Below, in pieces: positions 26,691 to 40,835 of a DNA stretch of 64,000 nucleotides (position 1 is the stretch's first letter; every line of letters begins with the position of its first letter). The translations under genes and the position numbers were made by a program. Origin of the DNA: the human T2T-CHM13v2.0 reference genome, Homo sapiens; NCBI RefSeq assembly GCF_009914755.1, contig NC_060938.1; one strand, written 5' to 3'. The notes under the pieces were generated by a model, which did not search any database, was not told the origin of the DNA, and saw nothing but the letters and a program-made list of their open reading frames with translations.

Positions 26691-29600
26691 ACTGGCTATT
26701 TTTACTGTATTGTGCCACATTTAATTCTGCTTATTGTGTATAGGCAAGGCTCAATCGAGAGACATAAAACTCCTGCTTTCTCAGTTCTCTGGTCTCACTG
26801 CAGCATAGTCTCCTGACCACATCTCTAGTCAAAGAGATCTCCCCGAATGCAGATCTGAGCCTAATTCACCCTTGCTTTACACCCTTGTTGGACATATAAT
26901 GACTCTTAGGATTAGTCCCGAACTCAAAGGGCCAAGTGCCACCCAACTGTGCTGTGACTCCCGTGCCTCTTCCTCCTTCTCTCTTGGGTGGAGTCCCCTG
27001 GTCTTTCAGTTGTCTGAATACATCGGTAAATCTTAGCCTTTACTCCCTCTAGAGCAAGTGAGAAGTTTCTTCGGAAAATGGTGATAAATTTCACTACGGT
27101 TAATTATAGAATTAAAATGTTATAGTTATGTGCTCTTAGAATAGCGTCTCACACATAAGAACTCAGGAAAAATTTCGTTCATATCAGAAGAGATTTTACA
27201 GTTTATTTATAAGCCCACCTGCAAGCTCCCAATCAATTGGTTGTCTATCTTCAGTTTGGACTCCTGCAAGGATCGGAGGCCTTCTGAGGGGGGCAGCTGG
27301 ATGGGTTGAAAGAGCTTCCTGACACTGAACCCCAATGTGCCTCCCCGTTGGCAGTATCTCTTTCTCCCAGGTGGTTCCCTGGGGTCATGCGGCATGCGTG
27401 TCTCCTCTAAAGGTATTGAATCTGAGATTCAGTCTGGACCCACAAGCTTTCTCTTGGCTTCCTAATCTCAAGACTCACTCATTGAGTCTCTACAACTTGA
27501 ATTCATTGATATCTTTTTAAAATTGTAGATTTCCCCAATTGCCCGGATGTCTAGCCTGCTAAGTCCGTGGAGCCAGGCAGTAGCCTGCCCTGTGTGGATG
27601 AGGTGTGCCTCCTCCTGTGATAATTTTCACTGTTGTTGGAAGCTTACCCACCCTGCCCTGGCAAGCATTTGAGTTTGAGACCCCTCAATCCCCATACTAC
27701 ATGAGACCTTCAAAGACATTGAAAGAGTGTTGTTAGATGTCCCCAAACTTTTTCATTGCCTATTCTTTCTTGCTTGCTACAGTGGCAATAAACCCATAGA
27801 TCCCTTTCCTTTTCATGGGTTTTTATAGATAATCATCTCCAGTAGGTAGGGATAACAAAAATATTAACTAGAGGGAAATAGCTGAGTTTGTGCAATTCTA
27901 CAAACTTCTTTGAGTTCCAGTGTTTGATCTTTAGATTCTAAATTCTCCTGTGACAACTGGAAGATCACTTTGATTTCTGAGGGTAAAGTTCCCTCCCTCC
28001 CTCCCTTCTTAACTCCCAGCCTCAGAAAGCAGGGCCACTTCACATGTGAATAGTTGTGACATGGATAACAGTCTCGGGGGTTAGAATAAAGTACCAGAAA
28101 GAAGCTCCAGATAAATCTATTTCCACGCTACAGTCAGAGACTTTGTCTGGAGAGAAAACCAGCTGCCTCATCCACCATTCATTTATCTGTTCATTTACTT
28201 ACTTTTGCATTCATTCGTTACTTTGTTCATTCTTTCCCTGGCATCCGAGAGGTGACTCTGTGGCCTCATCCTGAACACAGAGTTGCCGCCCTTGGGGTCC
28301 TGAGTTGCCAATACTGGGCTGTTGAGGCACAGCCATCTGCTTTGCATAAGGACAGTGAACCTCCAGGGGCGTCTGGGATGTCCTATCTTCCCAAGTTCTA
28401 GGATTCTGTGGAGGATGCTCTGCTGGAAGCCTGCTGCAGCCATCCCAGGGTTTGGTTTGGCCACGGATATGCTTGACCCCATCCACCTCATTGCAAGCAG
28501 GGAAATTTCCAAGGCAGTGCTTTGTGTTGATGTGGGGGCACCTTGCTGGAGAGCCAGGGTGGGCATGGCATAGCAGGCAACTAGGGTGATTCTTGACTTT
28601 GGAGTCAGGCAGGTTTCCTCAGGGTCAAGGGTTTCTGACAGAACTTGCAGGCTTTAGCAGAATATCTCAGCCCGGCAAGATCTGGCTGCAGAGGAATATG
28701 GGTGGCAATCAAACCCACGACATTCTTGACTCTGCAAACTCTTATCAGGAAAATGCTTGCGGTGGTTTTGGTGGGCGCGTGACAAGACATGAGACCGCAT
28801 GATTTTCTTTGATTACCCTTTCCTATGGAGATTTTGGGAACAGAAATCTAAATGATGATCAATAGTTCATTTTGGGAATTAATTCTTTTATGTTTTTGTA
28901 CTTCTTGCTCACCGAGCACAAGTGTAATTTGGTTGTAGCCCCTTAGGCAATGGTAGAAACTGCTGGGTTTCAGGGGGCTCTATTGATGCTTTCAGAAATT
29001 CTTCACGTGCAATCTGGAGTGGCCAGGGTGTGTCCTGCTTTTACATTTTCATGTCAGAGACAATGCATTGAAGCAGAGCCTTGTTCTGATGTAGAGGGTG
29101 GGTTGTCTCGACGGGCAACCTGGCCCTCATGAGAAGTTCTAGGGAGAGGCATCTGCAAATTGCCTTGCACACCTTCCAGAATTTTGGAAATAAATCCATT
29201 CACAGCGGCTCCTTCTGTGGTCATGCAGTAACAGCTGTGGGCCGAGCTGTGTAATGCTCGGAACATAGGAGTTGTCAGAAGTAAAAACATCTTTCAGTTC
29301 TACTGAAGTTAATAAGTCAAGTTAAATCATCCACATATGTGGAAACAGAAGATTTTCAAAGCAGCGCCTTCATTATAAAAAATGTGTTAAAATTAGTAAC
29401 TATTTTATATCTTGCCTATTTTCCCCATCCAATCTAGTTTTTTTTTTAACATCCAAATATAGATTTTGCAATATTAAGGTAAAGATGCACAGAGTCCCAA
29501 AACTGAGAGCTGAAATTAGGGTTTAATTTCTTCCCCTCAGGATAACAAGTGCCCTGGATAACTTTGACGGTGATATCTTGGGGAGTGGGGTCCAACTTCA

Positions 29601-31845
29601 GTGGTCCCTCTCTCTCCCCACAGTCACAATCTCAGAAAAGATTTTCTGGTTCCCCATTTTACAGCCAGGGCCTTTCCTCCTTTTCACTGTTTTAACGTAG
29701 AGTCTTTGGGGAACGTGTTTCTGGTATCTTTTCTGAACTTGGGTTTTCATGCTAGGAATGGAGTAGGTTCTCTATAAACACTTGTAGAAGAAATTAACAA
29801 ATAAAATTCTTCATTGCATCGTGAAGCAAACACCTGAGCTTTCTCTCTACTATAACATAATTTCGTGGAAACTGATAGCCTTTGAGACATGGGCTCAAAA
29901 GCCTCACTTGGAACATGTGCCATCAAGGCAGTTTTTAGTCTGTGTTGTGGCAGTTAGTTGCTCTCCTCTTCTCTCGGGAACAGCACCCCTATTTCCTTTT
30001 GGAAGAACAGAGAATAGCCTCCATCTGCTGTAGTCGGTCTTGTTGGACTATTCCTTGCTCCTTGCCCCAGGTGTGAATAGGTGACCTGATCTGAGCCAAT
30101 CAGATTCTCTCTCTGTTGGGAGTTTGAATCTTAATCTCAGTGAGCCAGGCAGAGACAAAGGTGGCCGGTGTAGCTTCACCCAAATGACAAGGTCGTGTAT
30201 CTCCTGCTCTCTGGATCATTAGACCTACCCTGGTTCTTTTCCTAGCTGAGTCTGTTCCTTTGACTGTGCTACCCACACCAGATCCCTACACTCCCTTTGC
30301 AGGGAATATAGCCAGTGGCCTTTGTGCACCTGTTAACAAACAATCCCAGTTCATATGCCCAGAGAGTAGATGTCACCGATATGGTTTTCTGTGATCCATA
30401 TTAGAAGGGAAAGGTCATATGGCATATATTTATGTTGAACCTTTTGTGTTGACTCTCCCCACCCCCTAAAATGGAGTTCTATCTAGAAAAATCTGTGTGC
30501 CTACTGTGAGGGTAAAACAAGGTGGATAGTAGCTTCAGAGACAGAGGCTGCGGCGGAAGGGGATGGGACTTCTGAAAACAATGTAGTCCTCACCTCTGTT
30601 CTCTTTCCAGAGCCACAAGTAAGAGATCATCAGTTTAATAATCTCTCATTTTCAAATGAGACTCACGTAATTGTTGTACTTTCCTCAAGGCAGTCATTTC
30701 CTCACCTAAACCCTCATGGGATAATATATAGATAATATTACTTGTCAAATGGGGGTGGTCTTCTGTGGCATTCTTTTGGCATTTCTTATAGTTTTTATTC
30801 CTCTTACAAGATATTAATTTGTTATTAACAGTATCTAAATTCTGTGAACATAAACAGTGATTGAAACATTTCCATTTGCTCTGTCTGCCCTCAGACAAGA
30901 TGACAGACAGCTGGTCAACCTCCTGTTGGTAAATTCCCTCCTGTTGGAAAGCTGGTCACACCTCTCCTGATTTCCTTCCTTTTGTTTGGTGAAGCTGTCT
31001 GCTCTCCAAAGATTTCATTTATGTCGCTGCACCCACTGGGCCTGGGCCTGGCCTTGGTACTCCCACTTGAAACCCTCAGCTTGGCTCCAGCTCGCCATTC
31101 CAGCCTCCTGCCTCACAGCCCCCTCATTGCTTCTCTCCCGCCATGCCAGTCTGCAGGCAGCTCCGAAGGCATGACATTCATGGCCACAGTGCCACTGCTG
31201 TGACTTCACTCGCACTAGGCATTCACTTGAGATTGACTTACCTGCTTCTCCACTGGGCATCAGTGCTCCTGAGATGGAAAAATGAAGTCTGTGCTCATGA
31301 TTGTCTTCTAGCAGTGTTTCTTTGGTCCTTTTTCTGATATTTCATGGCAATATGCCCTACTCCTCACATTTAGTACTATGCAGTGTGCCCCCGAGTGGAA
31401 AATAGGACAGGGACAGCCCTAAAATAGAAGGGGAGCCAAAGGACAGCTGAAACAATTATGGAAGCTTTATGCAAATTAGAGGAAGGTGATCCTTTAGGCA
31501 GACTTGATCACAAGCTGGGGTGCAATGTTTATAAGCAGAGTTTTTGGAGGATTTCAGCTTCCTCAATCAAGCATCTTTTTGCAGTACACAACCTGACCAA
31601 CTGTTCATGGTGGTCCTGCGTAAAACAGATAGTTTAAAATTTGTAAGGATATAAGTTCAATGCCACATTTGTTTTTCTGTGTAAACATTGACTTTTATAT
31701 TTTTGTAGGATTTTATTATGTATCAAGCACTTTTAAATCAGCCTTTGATTTTCATTATAAAAGTAATATATACCCTTTATCGCAAATTTGGAAAACACAG
31801 AAAACTATTAAAAAGCCAGTGACTATGATCTATTACCCTATATCC

Positions 31846-32128
31846 ATTTTCTTTCTTTTTCTCTTTTTTGAGACAGGGTCTTTCTCTGTCACCCAGGCTG
31901 AAGTGCAGTGGTATGATCATGGTTCACTGCAGCCTCAACCTTGTAGACTCAAGTGATCCACCCAGCTCAATCTCCAGAGTAGCTGGGACCACAGGCACGC
32001 ATCACCACACCCAGCTAATTTTAAAACTTTTTGTAAAGATGGCTGGTCTTGAACTCCTGGGCTCAATCGATCCTCCTGTCTGCCCTCTCAAAGTGCTGGG
32101 ATTACAGGCATGAGCCACAGCACTTGAC
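31846..32128 (-). mobile_element. AluJ with internal deletion
   Basis: gagacagggtct...atcatggttcactgcagcctcaacc...ctcctgggctcaa are J-type features. Confidence 0.88.
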
Positions 32129-34772
32129 CTCTCCAATATTAGTTCCTGCTTATTTTAGTAGATTTTCACTCTTGCCTCTTAAATGTGTTTATAACCTATC
32201 CTAGTAGCTAGTATTTCATTTGATGATCTCATAAAAACTGTTAGGTAATCTCATAAATAATGATTATGCCCATTTTAGAGACTATTAAATAAGGATATGG
32301 GAATTGGAGCACTGAGCAGGAAACCGTGGAGAATAAGCTGGCAGTAGAGAAGGTGGTGCTGAGAAAGTTGCTTTAATGAAGGTGTCTGCACCCTTCCCCC
32401 ATTCCCCAGGTTCTATCTTAGTGCTTTGTCACTAAGTGACCCTGTGACTGCGCCTTCTGCAAAGTCCGCTCTCTGTGACTAGCTGGACAGAAATGCTGGA
32501 GTGCAGTTTCCAGGTTGGCTTCGTCCATTCATTCACTGAATGGGTTTAGTGACAGAATCCTCATAAGATACGTGTGTCTGGGATAGAATATGTGATCAAC
32601 ACACGTGAACTAGTGTCACCAGCATTATTATTTTTGTATTTACTACATCCTAGGCACTGGTTGGCTGCTTTGAATTCGCTGTCTTACTTAATCTTAAAGG
32701 CTATCCGGTTAGGAAGCCAATGTTACTATTTTTTCCCCCATTTTCCAGATGGTAAAATGAAGATTAGAGAGGTAAAATGAGAGCTGAAGGAAGTAGCTAT
32801 AAGTGGCCAAAACAGGTCTAGAAGTGAGGTCTCTTGTGCTTTCTCTGCAGCCATAACTGCCTTCAGATCAGGGTCTAGCACACCGGGGAGAGTTCTGGAT
32901 CCTTCCGGGGCTTTTGCCTGCAGAAAGCAGTGAACATGACAAACTTTCCTGTCTGCCATTTCCCCGGGCATAGCACTGTGACTAAAATGGGCCTGTCTAG
33001 CTTGGAAGTAATCATAGTGTAATTTGAGGACAACGCCACTTGGGGTGGCCTTCTGTATGGATGTATTACCTGGAGATGCTGGAAATGAGAAACAGTCTGT
33101 TTATAATAAAAATGAGCCTCATCCTCCATTTACTTTATCCATTTGAGCCTAAGTGGATCTAAAGATATTTTTGAAAGACTTACAAATACATATAATGTGC
33201 TCCGAAGAATTGCTTTATAAGAAAATAAAAGAAAGTCATTTACAGGTTAAGTAGGGGCAGACTCAACATATTTTTAAACCTCTAAACTTAAAGATGTTTA
33301 ACATGGAATTCTAGTGGATCCTAGTTTGCTCAAATATGCCACAAAAACACTGGAACTGGATTTAATACAAAATTACTGTCAATACGTTTCCTCCCATGAA
33401 AATGACCCCTCTTTCCCAGTGCTGGGTAGTTTGAGATGAACCCCTAAGCCACAGGAGCACCTCTAAGAGCTGGTGTTTCCTGTTTTTTCAGGATATCCAG
33501 GTCTCCACTATCAAAAAATTGACCACTAAAACCACTTCCTTGACTCCACGCTCACTCCAACTATGACACAATTTTTTTTTTCTTTTCACGGCCAAGCCTC
33601 TAGAGTTTTCAATGTTTTGTTTTTCCATTTACTCCTCACTCTATTGCAGTCTGGCTTCCTCTGGTTGTATTGCTTTAAAGCCACCACTTTTTAGTAACCA
33701 GGTCCAGAACGAGCGATTGGTAGGAGATGGCCAATGAAGTGGCAGTTTTGCCCCCAGTCTCCAAATAGGACCCACAGAAACCACTGCTACTTGATGATAG
33801 AATCCTTTTCAGAATCTTTTTGAAGATCGTCTCCCTCCAGTGGTCAGAGCTGGCTGAGGACGGTGACACCTGTTCACCAGCCTGGGTTCTGCTGGAGCCA
33901 TCCCTCAGGCAGAAAGCAGAGAGGCGGTGCTATAAGTGAAGGGACCACAGAGAGAGGTGGGCTCCCATGTTGGCCCACACTTAGTAGAAAATGGGTTTGG
34001 GCAGGTTTTCTCTGGGCCTTCGTTTTCTTCAAAAGGGAAGAGCAACAGATTTGACAACTCAATAAGCAGTTAACTATTTTTATCAGCACAGAAAACCACA
34101 GTAAAATGCAACCATTGTCAGTAAGCAGCTGGGTAATAGCACTTCTTGCACGTCTTGTCCTGGTTTTATTCTCTTCTGCTCATGGAACTTGGTGGACATA
34201 GTAGGCCCTGCCAAGCTGACCTATGCCAGTCCAATGCACAGAGCATTGACTTACAAAGCAGGATGCCAGCTTATTAGCTTTCAGTTATGATTCTAATTAT
34301 GTGGTGAAATTTATTTGTGCATTTGCTATACAAGGTGCCCTCTCTTTGCCAGACACCAAATTACTGTATACAACAGGGGATAGACTTGGCGGGGAAACTC
34401 AGCATCTCCTGTACTCTACAGAGGGCATTTAGTTCCAGGTGCTCACCTCAACTCAGGAATCCAAATTAGACAGCATAAGTGAGTTTCTGAGGGACAGTCT
34501 CATCTCACCATTGATTGAACCCCCAAAGAAAGGTTTGGTGGCTCCTTTCCAGCTCTTTCTGCCTTGAAAATGTTATGAATCACAGTGAATTATTTATCTC
34601 AAGCAGTTTTCTCAAGATATCTTTGCATTTAGACAATGTCAGGCAATTTGCAAGGTGTTTTCACGTACATGCATTATAGATAGGCAGGACTGAGATTTGT
34701 ATATATCATTCATTCACTCAATAAAACAGTTATTGAAAGCCTGGACATTTCAGGACTTGCCCAAAACCACTA

Positions 34773-35317
34773 AGTATTCTGGTTATCCATTGCTGCATGC
34801 CAAACCCAACATTCATGGTGAGTGTGAGTTTGCAGTTTGGTCAGGACTTGGTCAAGAAGAGATCTCTCTGCTTCATAATGTTGAGGCTTCAGCTGGAAAC
34901 AGTTGTCAAACAGTGGGGAGGTGGAATTCTCTGCAGGTTTCTTCACTTACAGGTCTGGGGCCAGGGCTGGGGTGACTTGAAGCCTGGGCTTGGCTGGGAT
35001 TGTTTGTCTGAGCACCTCCATTCACCAGCCTCCCAATATAGCTTGGGCTTCCTCACAGCATGGTGGTCTTGAAGCAGTCAGACTTATTACATAGAAGCCC
35101 AGTGTTTAAAAAGTGAGTATTCCAGTGAACAAGGCAGAAGTGAAATGGCTTTTTTGAGGTCCAGCTTCTGAAGTCGCATAGTATCATTTCCACTATTCTA
35201 ACCTCTATTGGTGGAAACAGATACAAACCCATTCAGACTCAAGTGTTGGAGACATAGACCCCACCATAGGAAAGCAGTGATAAAGAATTCATGGCATGTT
35301 TTAAAAGTACTACATCA
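34773..35317 (-). mobile_element. Old MLT1 (MaLR) LTR
   Basis: gcttgggcttcctcacagcatggtggtct...ccagtgaacaaggcagaagtg...ctattggtggaaacag. Confidence 0.65.
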
Positions 35318-35379
35318 AGTGTCAGGACAAGACCCAGCTTAATTACTCCAAATCCAGGTTTGTACGAGTTAGGTTAGTG

Positions 35380-35620
35380 GGAGTTATGGTGGAATGCTAC
35401 AGGATTTAGCCATGGGTAGAATTTGTTTCAAACCCTAGATCTTTTACCTATTAGGTGTGTGATCACAGACAAATATCTTTCCTCTCTGAGTTTCAGTTTC
35501 CTAATCTATAAGATGAGGAAACGACAATTCTAATTTTAGTCCATTTTGTGACAATTCAATTAAATGAGGCTTGTCAAAAGCTAACATCGTGTTTGGCACA
35601 GAGTAGGTGCTTAATAATTA
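35380..35620 (+). mobile_element. MIR
   Basis: cctctctgagtttcagtttcctaatctataagatgagg...tggcacagagtaggtgcttaata. Confidence 0.75.
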
Positions 35621-37381
35621 GGAACTGTTAAAAAACACGATTTAAAAATACCCATTTAACAGCAATGTAACAAATGTTATTATTATTCTTATCATTGTTA
35701 CTGTTATGAATCACCTATGACATAATAAACTCAAGCAATATTTCTTTTTTCTTTCTTTCTCCATGGTTCTAGCTCCTGATGTGACTTTCACTTCTGAGCC
35801 TAAAATCTCCACCTCCTCCTTGTGTCTCTGTAGTCCTGGGGAGGAGAGGAGAGTTGGTTTCCTTTTTTGCTAACCTCTGGTTACTTTACTTCCTCTATTT
35901 GATCTCTTGGCTTCGTCTATCATCCTTACAACTAATTCACTGTCACACCGTGGTTCTGCTTCAACTATCTAGAAGATCTGTTTTCCTGAGGGAATCCTGA
36001 CTGATACAATATTCCAAATGTGTAGAGGCTCTGCTGGGGAGGACTAAGAGGAGTGGGGCGGTGGATTTGGATAAGAACACCAGGCATCTGCCTCCCTTCC
36101 TCCTTCTGTGTCTCCTTCACTTTTTTCTTTTGTGTCCGCCCTCCTTTCTTATCTTGTATTTTTCATTTTTTCTTTTATAAAGATGGAACATCATATAACA
36201 ATCTTCTGCAACTTGCTGTTTTCACAATAACTCTTCAAGCCAATGCACATAACTCTAATTCATACAGTTCTAATTCATTTAAAGAGAGTGCCATGATAAT
36301 CCACATTATGCACACCCCTTAATACATCTATCCATTTTTTGTATGGATATTCTGTAGTTTATAGAATTTGGGGGTGAGGTTTGCTACAATAAGCAGTTCT
36401 TAATTAGCCATACAATTTTTATGCACAAATGTCTTTACATATTTCTTTCTTCATTTCTGTAGTATGGGTTTCCAAAGGTAGAATGACTGGATCAAATAGT
36501 ATGTACATTTTTTAATTTAAAAAATATCACCAGATTACTTTCTCCAAAAGCTGTATCATTTACCCTCTCTTTAGCAATTAATTTCCATGAGTTATTCATT
36601 ATGGAAAGACCTCTGCTCATATGTTTGTAATAAGCAATACCAGGCTTGGTACTCGGTGTGGGCTATTCAGTGAAGCAAGGATTTGGAGAATGGAGAAGAA
36701 GAAAATAAAAGTGATGCCCAAAATTGCTGACTGAAACGTATTTTATTATTTGTGGGTTTGTTCTCCCTACCCCACCCTACCCCTGCATTCTATAAAAAGT
36801 CAACCTTAAATAAAGGCCTTCTCTCTCCAGATTTTCCATCCTCTAATCTGTGAGTCCATGTAGGTGTCCTTGATATATTTCATAATAAGGCACTTGAGAG
36901 GCTAATTGCATTGTATTTACAGCCTATAGAGGTGGCCCCCACTTCAAATGACGAGTTTCCTTGGTAATGTACTAATAACCACAGGTTCCAAGGGCTAAAC
37001 TGAGACTAATGCAGAAAAATTCAAAGCTTGGCTTGCAGGGGACCCCATAAAGGCACCGAATGGAACAGACAGTCCACATGAGAGAGACAAGGGGAGGCCA
37101 TGGTGAGGGAGTGGGTTTCATTTCATTTTTTGTGCTTTCCTAGTTTTCTACAAACCTTTAAAACCTGTACCAAAGGTAAGCTTTGTGTTGACCATTTTGA
37201 ATTCCTATTGTTCCAAAATCCAAATGTGTTATACAGTGTGCTATAACTGCTCCCAATTTCTGCTTTAACCACATCTTACTGCCCTGTGTTATATTGTTAT
37301 ATTGATACTGGCTTCTAACCTTGGCAGTCCTTGTAAGATTTCCTCTCCCCTTCAGGATGGATGAAGTAGCTGGCGTGTCTT

Positions 37382-37414
<33 letters not shown>

Positions 37415-37713
37415 TTCTCTGTATATCCCCATTAAATTTCCAAGTTAACACTGACTAGTTGACAATTACTGCGAATCTTTATTATTTAAACACATATATA
37501 ATTAATTTGAAATAATAATTGTTTTAACAAATACTAATAGGAATATTTTGGAACACTTATGTTCTAAGCTGTAAGCACTAAGACGCCATATATTTGTACT
37601 ATGTCATACATAATAATTCCATAAGTGGGAATAATTATCAATTTGATAGATGATGGTATTGAAGCTTAGAGAGGCTTAGTGACTTACCCAAAGACAGTAA
37701 GTGGCAGACGTGC

Positions 37714-38064
37714 TATATTAGTCTGTTCTCATGCTGCTAATCAAGACTTGAGACTGGGTAATTTACAAAGAAAAAGAGGTTTAATGGACTTAGAGTTCCA
37801 TGTGGCTGGGGAGGTCTCACAATCATGGTGGAAGGCAAAAAGCATGTCTTACATGGTGGCAGGCAAGAGAGAATGAGAGCCAAGCTAAAGGGGAAACTCC
37901 TTATAATAAAACCATCAGATCTCATTAGACTTATTCATTACCATGAGAACATATGGGGGAAACTGACCCCATGATTCCCTCTGGGTCCCTCCCACAACAC
38001 ATGGGAATTATGGGAGCTACAATTCAAGATGAGATTTTGCTGGGGACACAGCCAAACCATATCA
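37714..38064 (-). mobile_element. THE1B-like solo LTR inserted in a MIR
   Basis: tatattagtctgttctcatgctgct...gggaattatgggagctacaattcaagatgag...ggggacacagccaaaccatatca. Confidence 0.88.
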
Positions 38065-38660
38065 CGTTGCATTTACATGCAAATCTCATTTGGCTTTGAC
38101 ATCCACACTGTAACACTGTCCTACCTCCTGCCAGTGTGCCTCACACCAAGTAGCAGGAGCTTATCTTCATTTTTAGGGCCACGAACCATTTCTGCCACTT
38201 AACTTAGTGCTTCTTCATTCTCATTCTCATTAGATGTGATGAACACTCGCTGCTTGGTAGCTGCCTTCATGTACCTGGTTACCTACTGTGTTATATGGTT
38301 CCTAGGAGACAGAAAACTCAGCTTATACATTTGGGTCCTTATAGTTCCTGGCCCAGTGCTGGGGGGCATGGTACAAACTCAACCCTGGTTATTTCTCTTC
38401 ACCATAAGCATTTTGAGAGCATGGGACGTCCTACCACTTCCCTAAGTTTCTCTCCTGCTCTGTCCAAGGCAGAGCCGTACCTTTATCATAACTAATTCAT
38501 TCTCTTTAGCACTGAATAGTTTATAGAATATGCCCTCACACATTCAGTCCTCTTCCTTTTTATTTATCCTGTTTTATAGGCAAGGAAACTGAGGTTTTGA
38601 GAGACTTACACTCATTTCAATGAAGGACCCTGTGCTGCACAAAAAGTTATATCTATATGA

Positions 38661-38865
38661 CAGGGCTTCTCAACCAGGGGTGACTTTGTCCTCCCCCCAC
38701 CCTTCCCAAGGACATTTGGCAATATTTGGAGATATTTGGCTGTCACTGTTGAGAAACTGTACTGTAGCCAGGGATGCCACTTAACATCCTACAAAGCACA
38801 TTACAGCCCCCATGACAAAGAATACTCAGGACCAAATGTCAATAGTGTTGAGCTTGAGACATTCT
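38661..38865 (+). mobile_element. MER20
   Basis: cagggcttctcaaccagggg...ggacatttggcaatatttggaga...caaatgtcaatagtgttgag. Confidence 0.8.
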
Positions 38866-39097
38866 GCTACAGAATAAAAAAGAAGACATTTTATTTGATC
38901 ATATTTTCTACTTTTGGATATCTTATGAGATGCAATTTTTATGTAATACTCACAGTTGAATGTTCTTTCTCTCCTAAGATCTAAGCCCACAAAGCACTAA
39001 AATAACTTTTGATTATGTATGGGGGTATAAGGAACAACACATGCTATAATTCTGAAAGCAAAGTAAGTGAGCTTTAATCTTCATTTGAGTTTTTTTA

Positions 39098-39101
<4 letters not shown>

Positions 39102-39148
<47 letters not shown>
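39102..39148. repeat. (TA)23 microsatellite
   Basis: Direct read. Confidence 0.95.
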
Positions 39149-39150
<2 letters not shown>

Positions 39151-39779
39151 CTGTCTTTCTTATTTAGAGAGTCCAAGGGCACTTGCTGGTGTTCTGGGAG
39201 AGTATTACTAAGACATGGGTCTTGCAGCCCAAATCAAGAGCTTAAAAGTTTGTTTCAAATGATATGGTTCCATATTCTAATCCAGGCAGTTTGGATCAGA
39301 CCTTTGTTTATTAAGAGTTCTTGGGCCTATACCTACAACCAAATAAAGATCCCAAATGAACATCTTAAGTTTTTTTTCTTTTGGAAAGGTGGCATATTGA
39401 TGGGTAAAATTAGATGATGTCTGGGATTTGTTTTAAAATACTCCAGCAAAAACAAAGATGAGGAATACTAAATGAAACAAGATCAGCAAAATGTTGGTAA
39501 TTGTAAAAGCTGGAAGATAGTTACATAGACATTCATTTTACTATTCTTTCTACTTTTTTGTGCATTTGAAAATATCCAGAATAAAGTGTTTAAAAAAATA
39601 TATCCTACGGCCATCTGCAGGATGACAAGTAATGCATTTGCAAGTACAGTAGATAGAACTTTTTTTCTTGCTCCATTTCTGTGGATGCAAAAGCAATTTC
39701 TTTAGCAAACTTTTTTGCATGTGTCGAGAACATTGTTTAATTCGGCATACTGTTTTTCATCTCAGTATTTTAGAGAACT

Positions 39780-40610
39780 TTGAAAATTAAAAGTGACCAC
39801 AATATGGGCAAAAGATTTAAAAAGACACTTCACAAAGGAAGTTCTATGAATGGCCAACAAGAACATGAAAAAGCTCTCCACATCATTAGTCATTAGGAAA
39901 ATGCAATTAAGACCACAATGAGATATTGTGACACACTGACTTGAATGCTTCAATTAAAAAGACTGATAACTACCAAATGTCATCAAGGATGAGGACCAAC
40001 TACAGTTCTCTTGTATTTTTGGCGAGAAGGTAAAATGATATCATCATTTTTTTTTGAGAAAAAAGTCTGATAGTTTCTTATAAAACTAAATGTCTGCTTT
40101 CTTTATGACCCAACCATTCTACTCCTAGGTATTTACTCAAAAGGAATGAAAACATATGTCCACAGACACATACAAAAAACCTGCAAAAGAAGAGCTGTTC
40201 ATAGAAGCTTTATTCACGATAGTTTCCAACCAGAAACACCCCAGGTGGCCATCCACAAAAAAAATGAATAAAGAAACTGTGGTAGATTTATGCAATAGAA
40301 AATTACTCAGTAATTAAAAAAAATAAGCTATTGAAACAAAACCATGGATGAATCTAAAAAAATGTGATGTTGAGTGAAAGAAGTATAATTTTTCACTGTA
40401 TAGTTCATTTATGTGAATTTGTAGAATAGGAAATACTAATCTACGATGGACAGTGACTTCTCTGAGGAATTAGGGGAGGGTTCAACTCAGATGGGCACAA
40501 GGGAACTCTGGGGAGATGGTGATATTCTATAACTTCATAGAAGTTTGAGTTTCACAGGTAAAGACATTTGTCAACATTTTACAAATGATATACTTAAGAC
40601 GTATGTATGT
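39780..40610 (+). mobile_element. Old L1M (L1MC-like) 3' portion
   Basis: atgggcaaaagatttaaaaagacacttcacaaagg...cattagtcattaggaaaatgcaaattaagaccacaatgagata-like ORF2 end plus 3'UTR. Appears to resume at about 44950-45000 and 46760-46900. Confidence 0.78.
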
Positions 40611-40708
40611 CAAATGATCACTTTCAGCAAAAATAATGAGGACCAGATTTACCCTCCCACTTGAAACAAGCAATAAATGGATGAAATATATAAAAGCAAG
40701 CAACAGGT

Positions 40709-40835
40709 TGGCTGGGCATGGTGGCTAATGCCTGTAACCCCAGCTTTTAGGGAGGCAGAGGCAAGAGGGCAGTTTGAGCCCAGGAGCTCGAGACCTGCCT
40801 GGACAATATAGCAGAACCCCGTTAAAAATAAATAA
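40709..40835 (+). mobile_element. FLAM / Alu left monomer
   Basis: ggctgggcatggtggctaatgcctgtaa...gagcccaggagctcgagacctgcctggacaatatagc followed by an A-rich tail. Confidence 0.8.
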
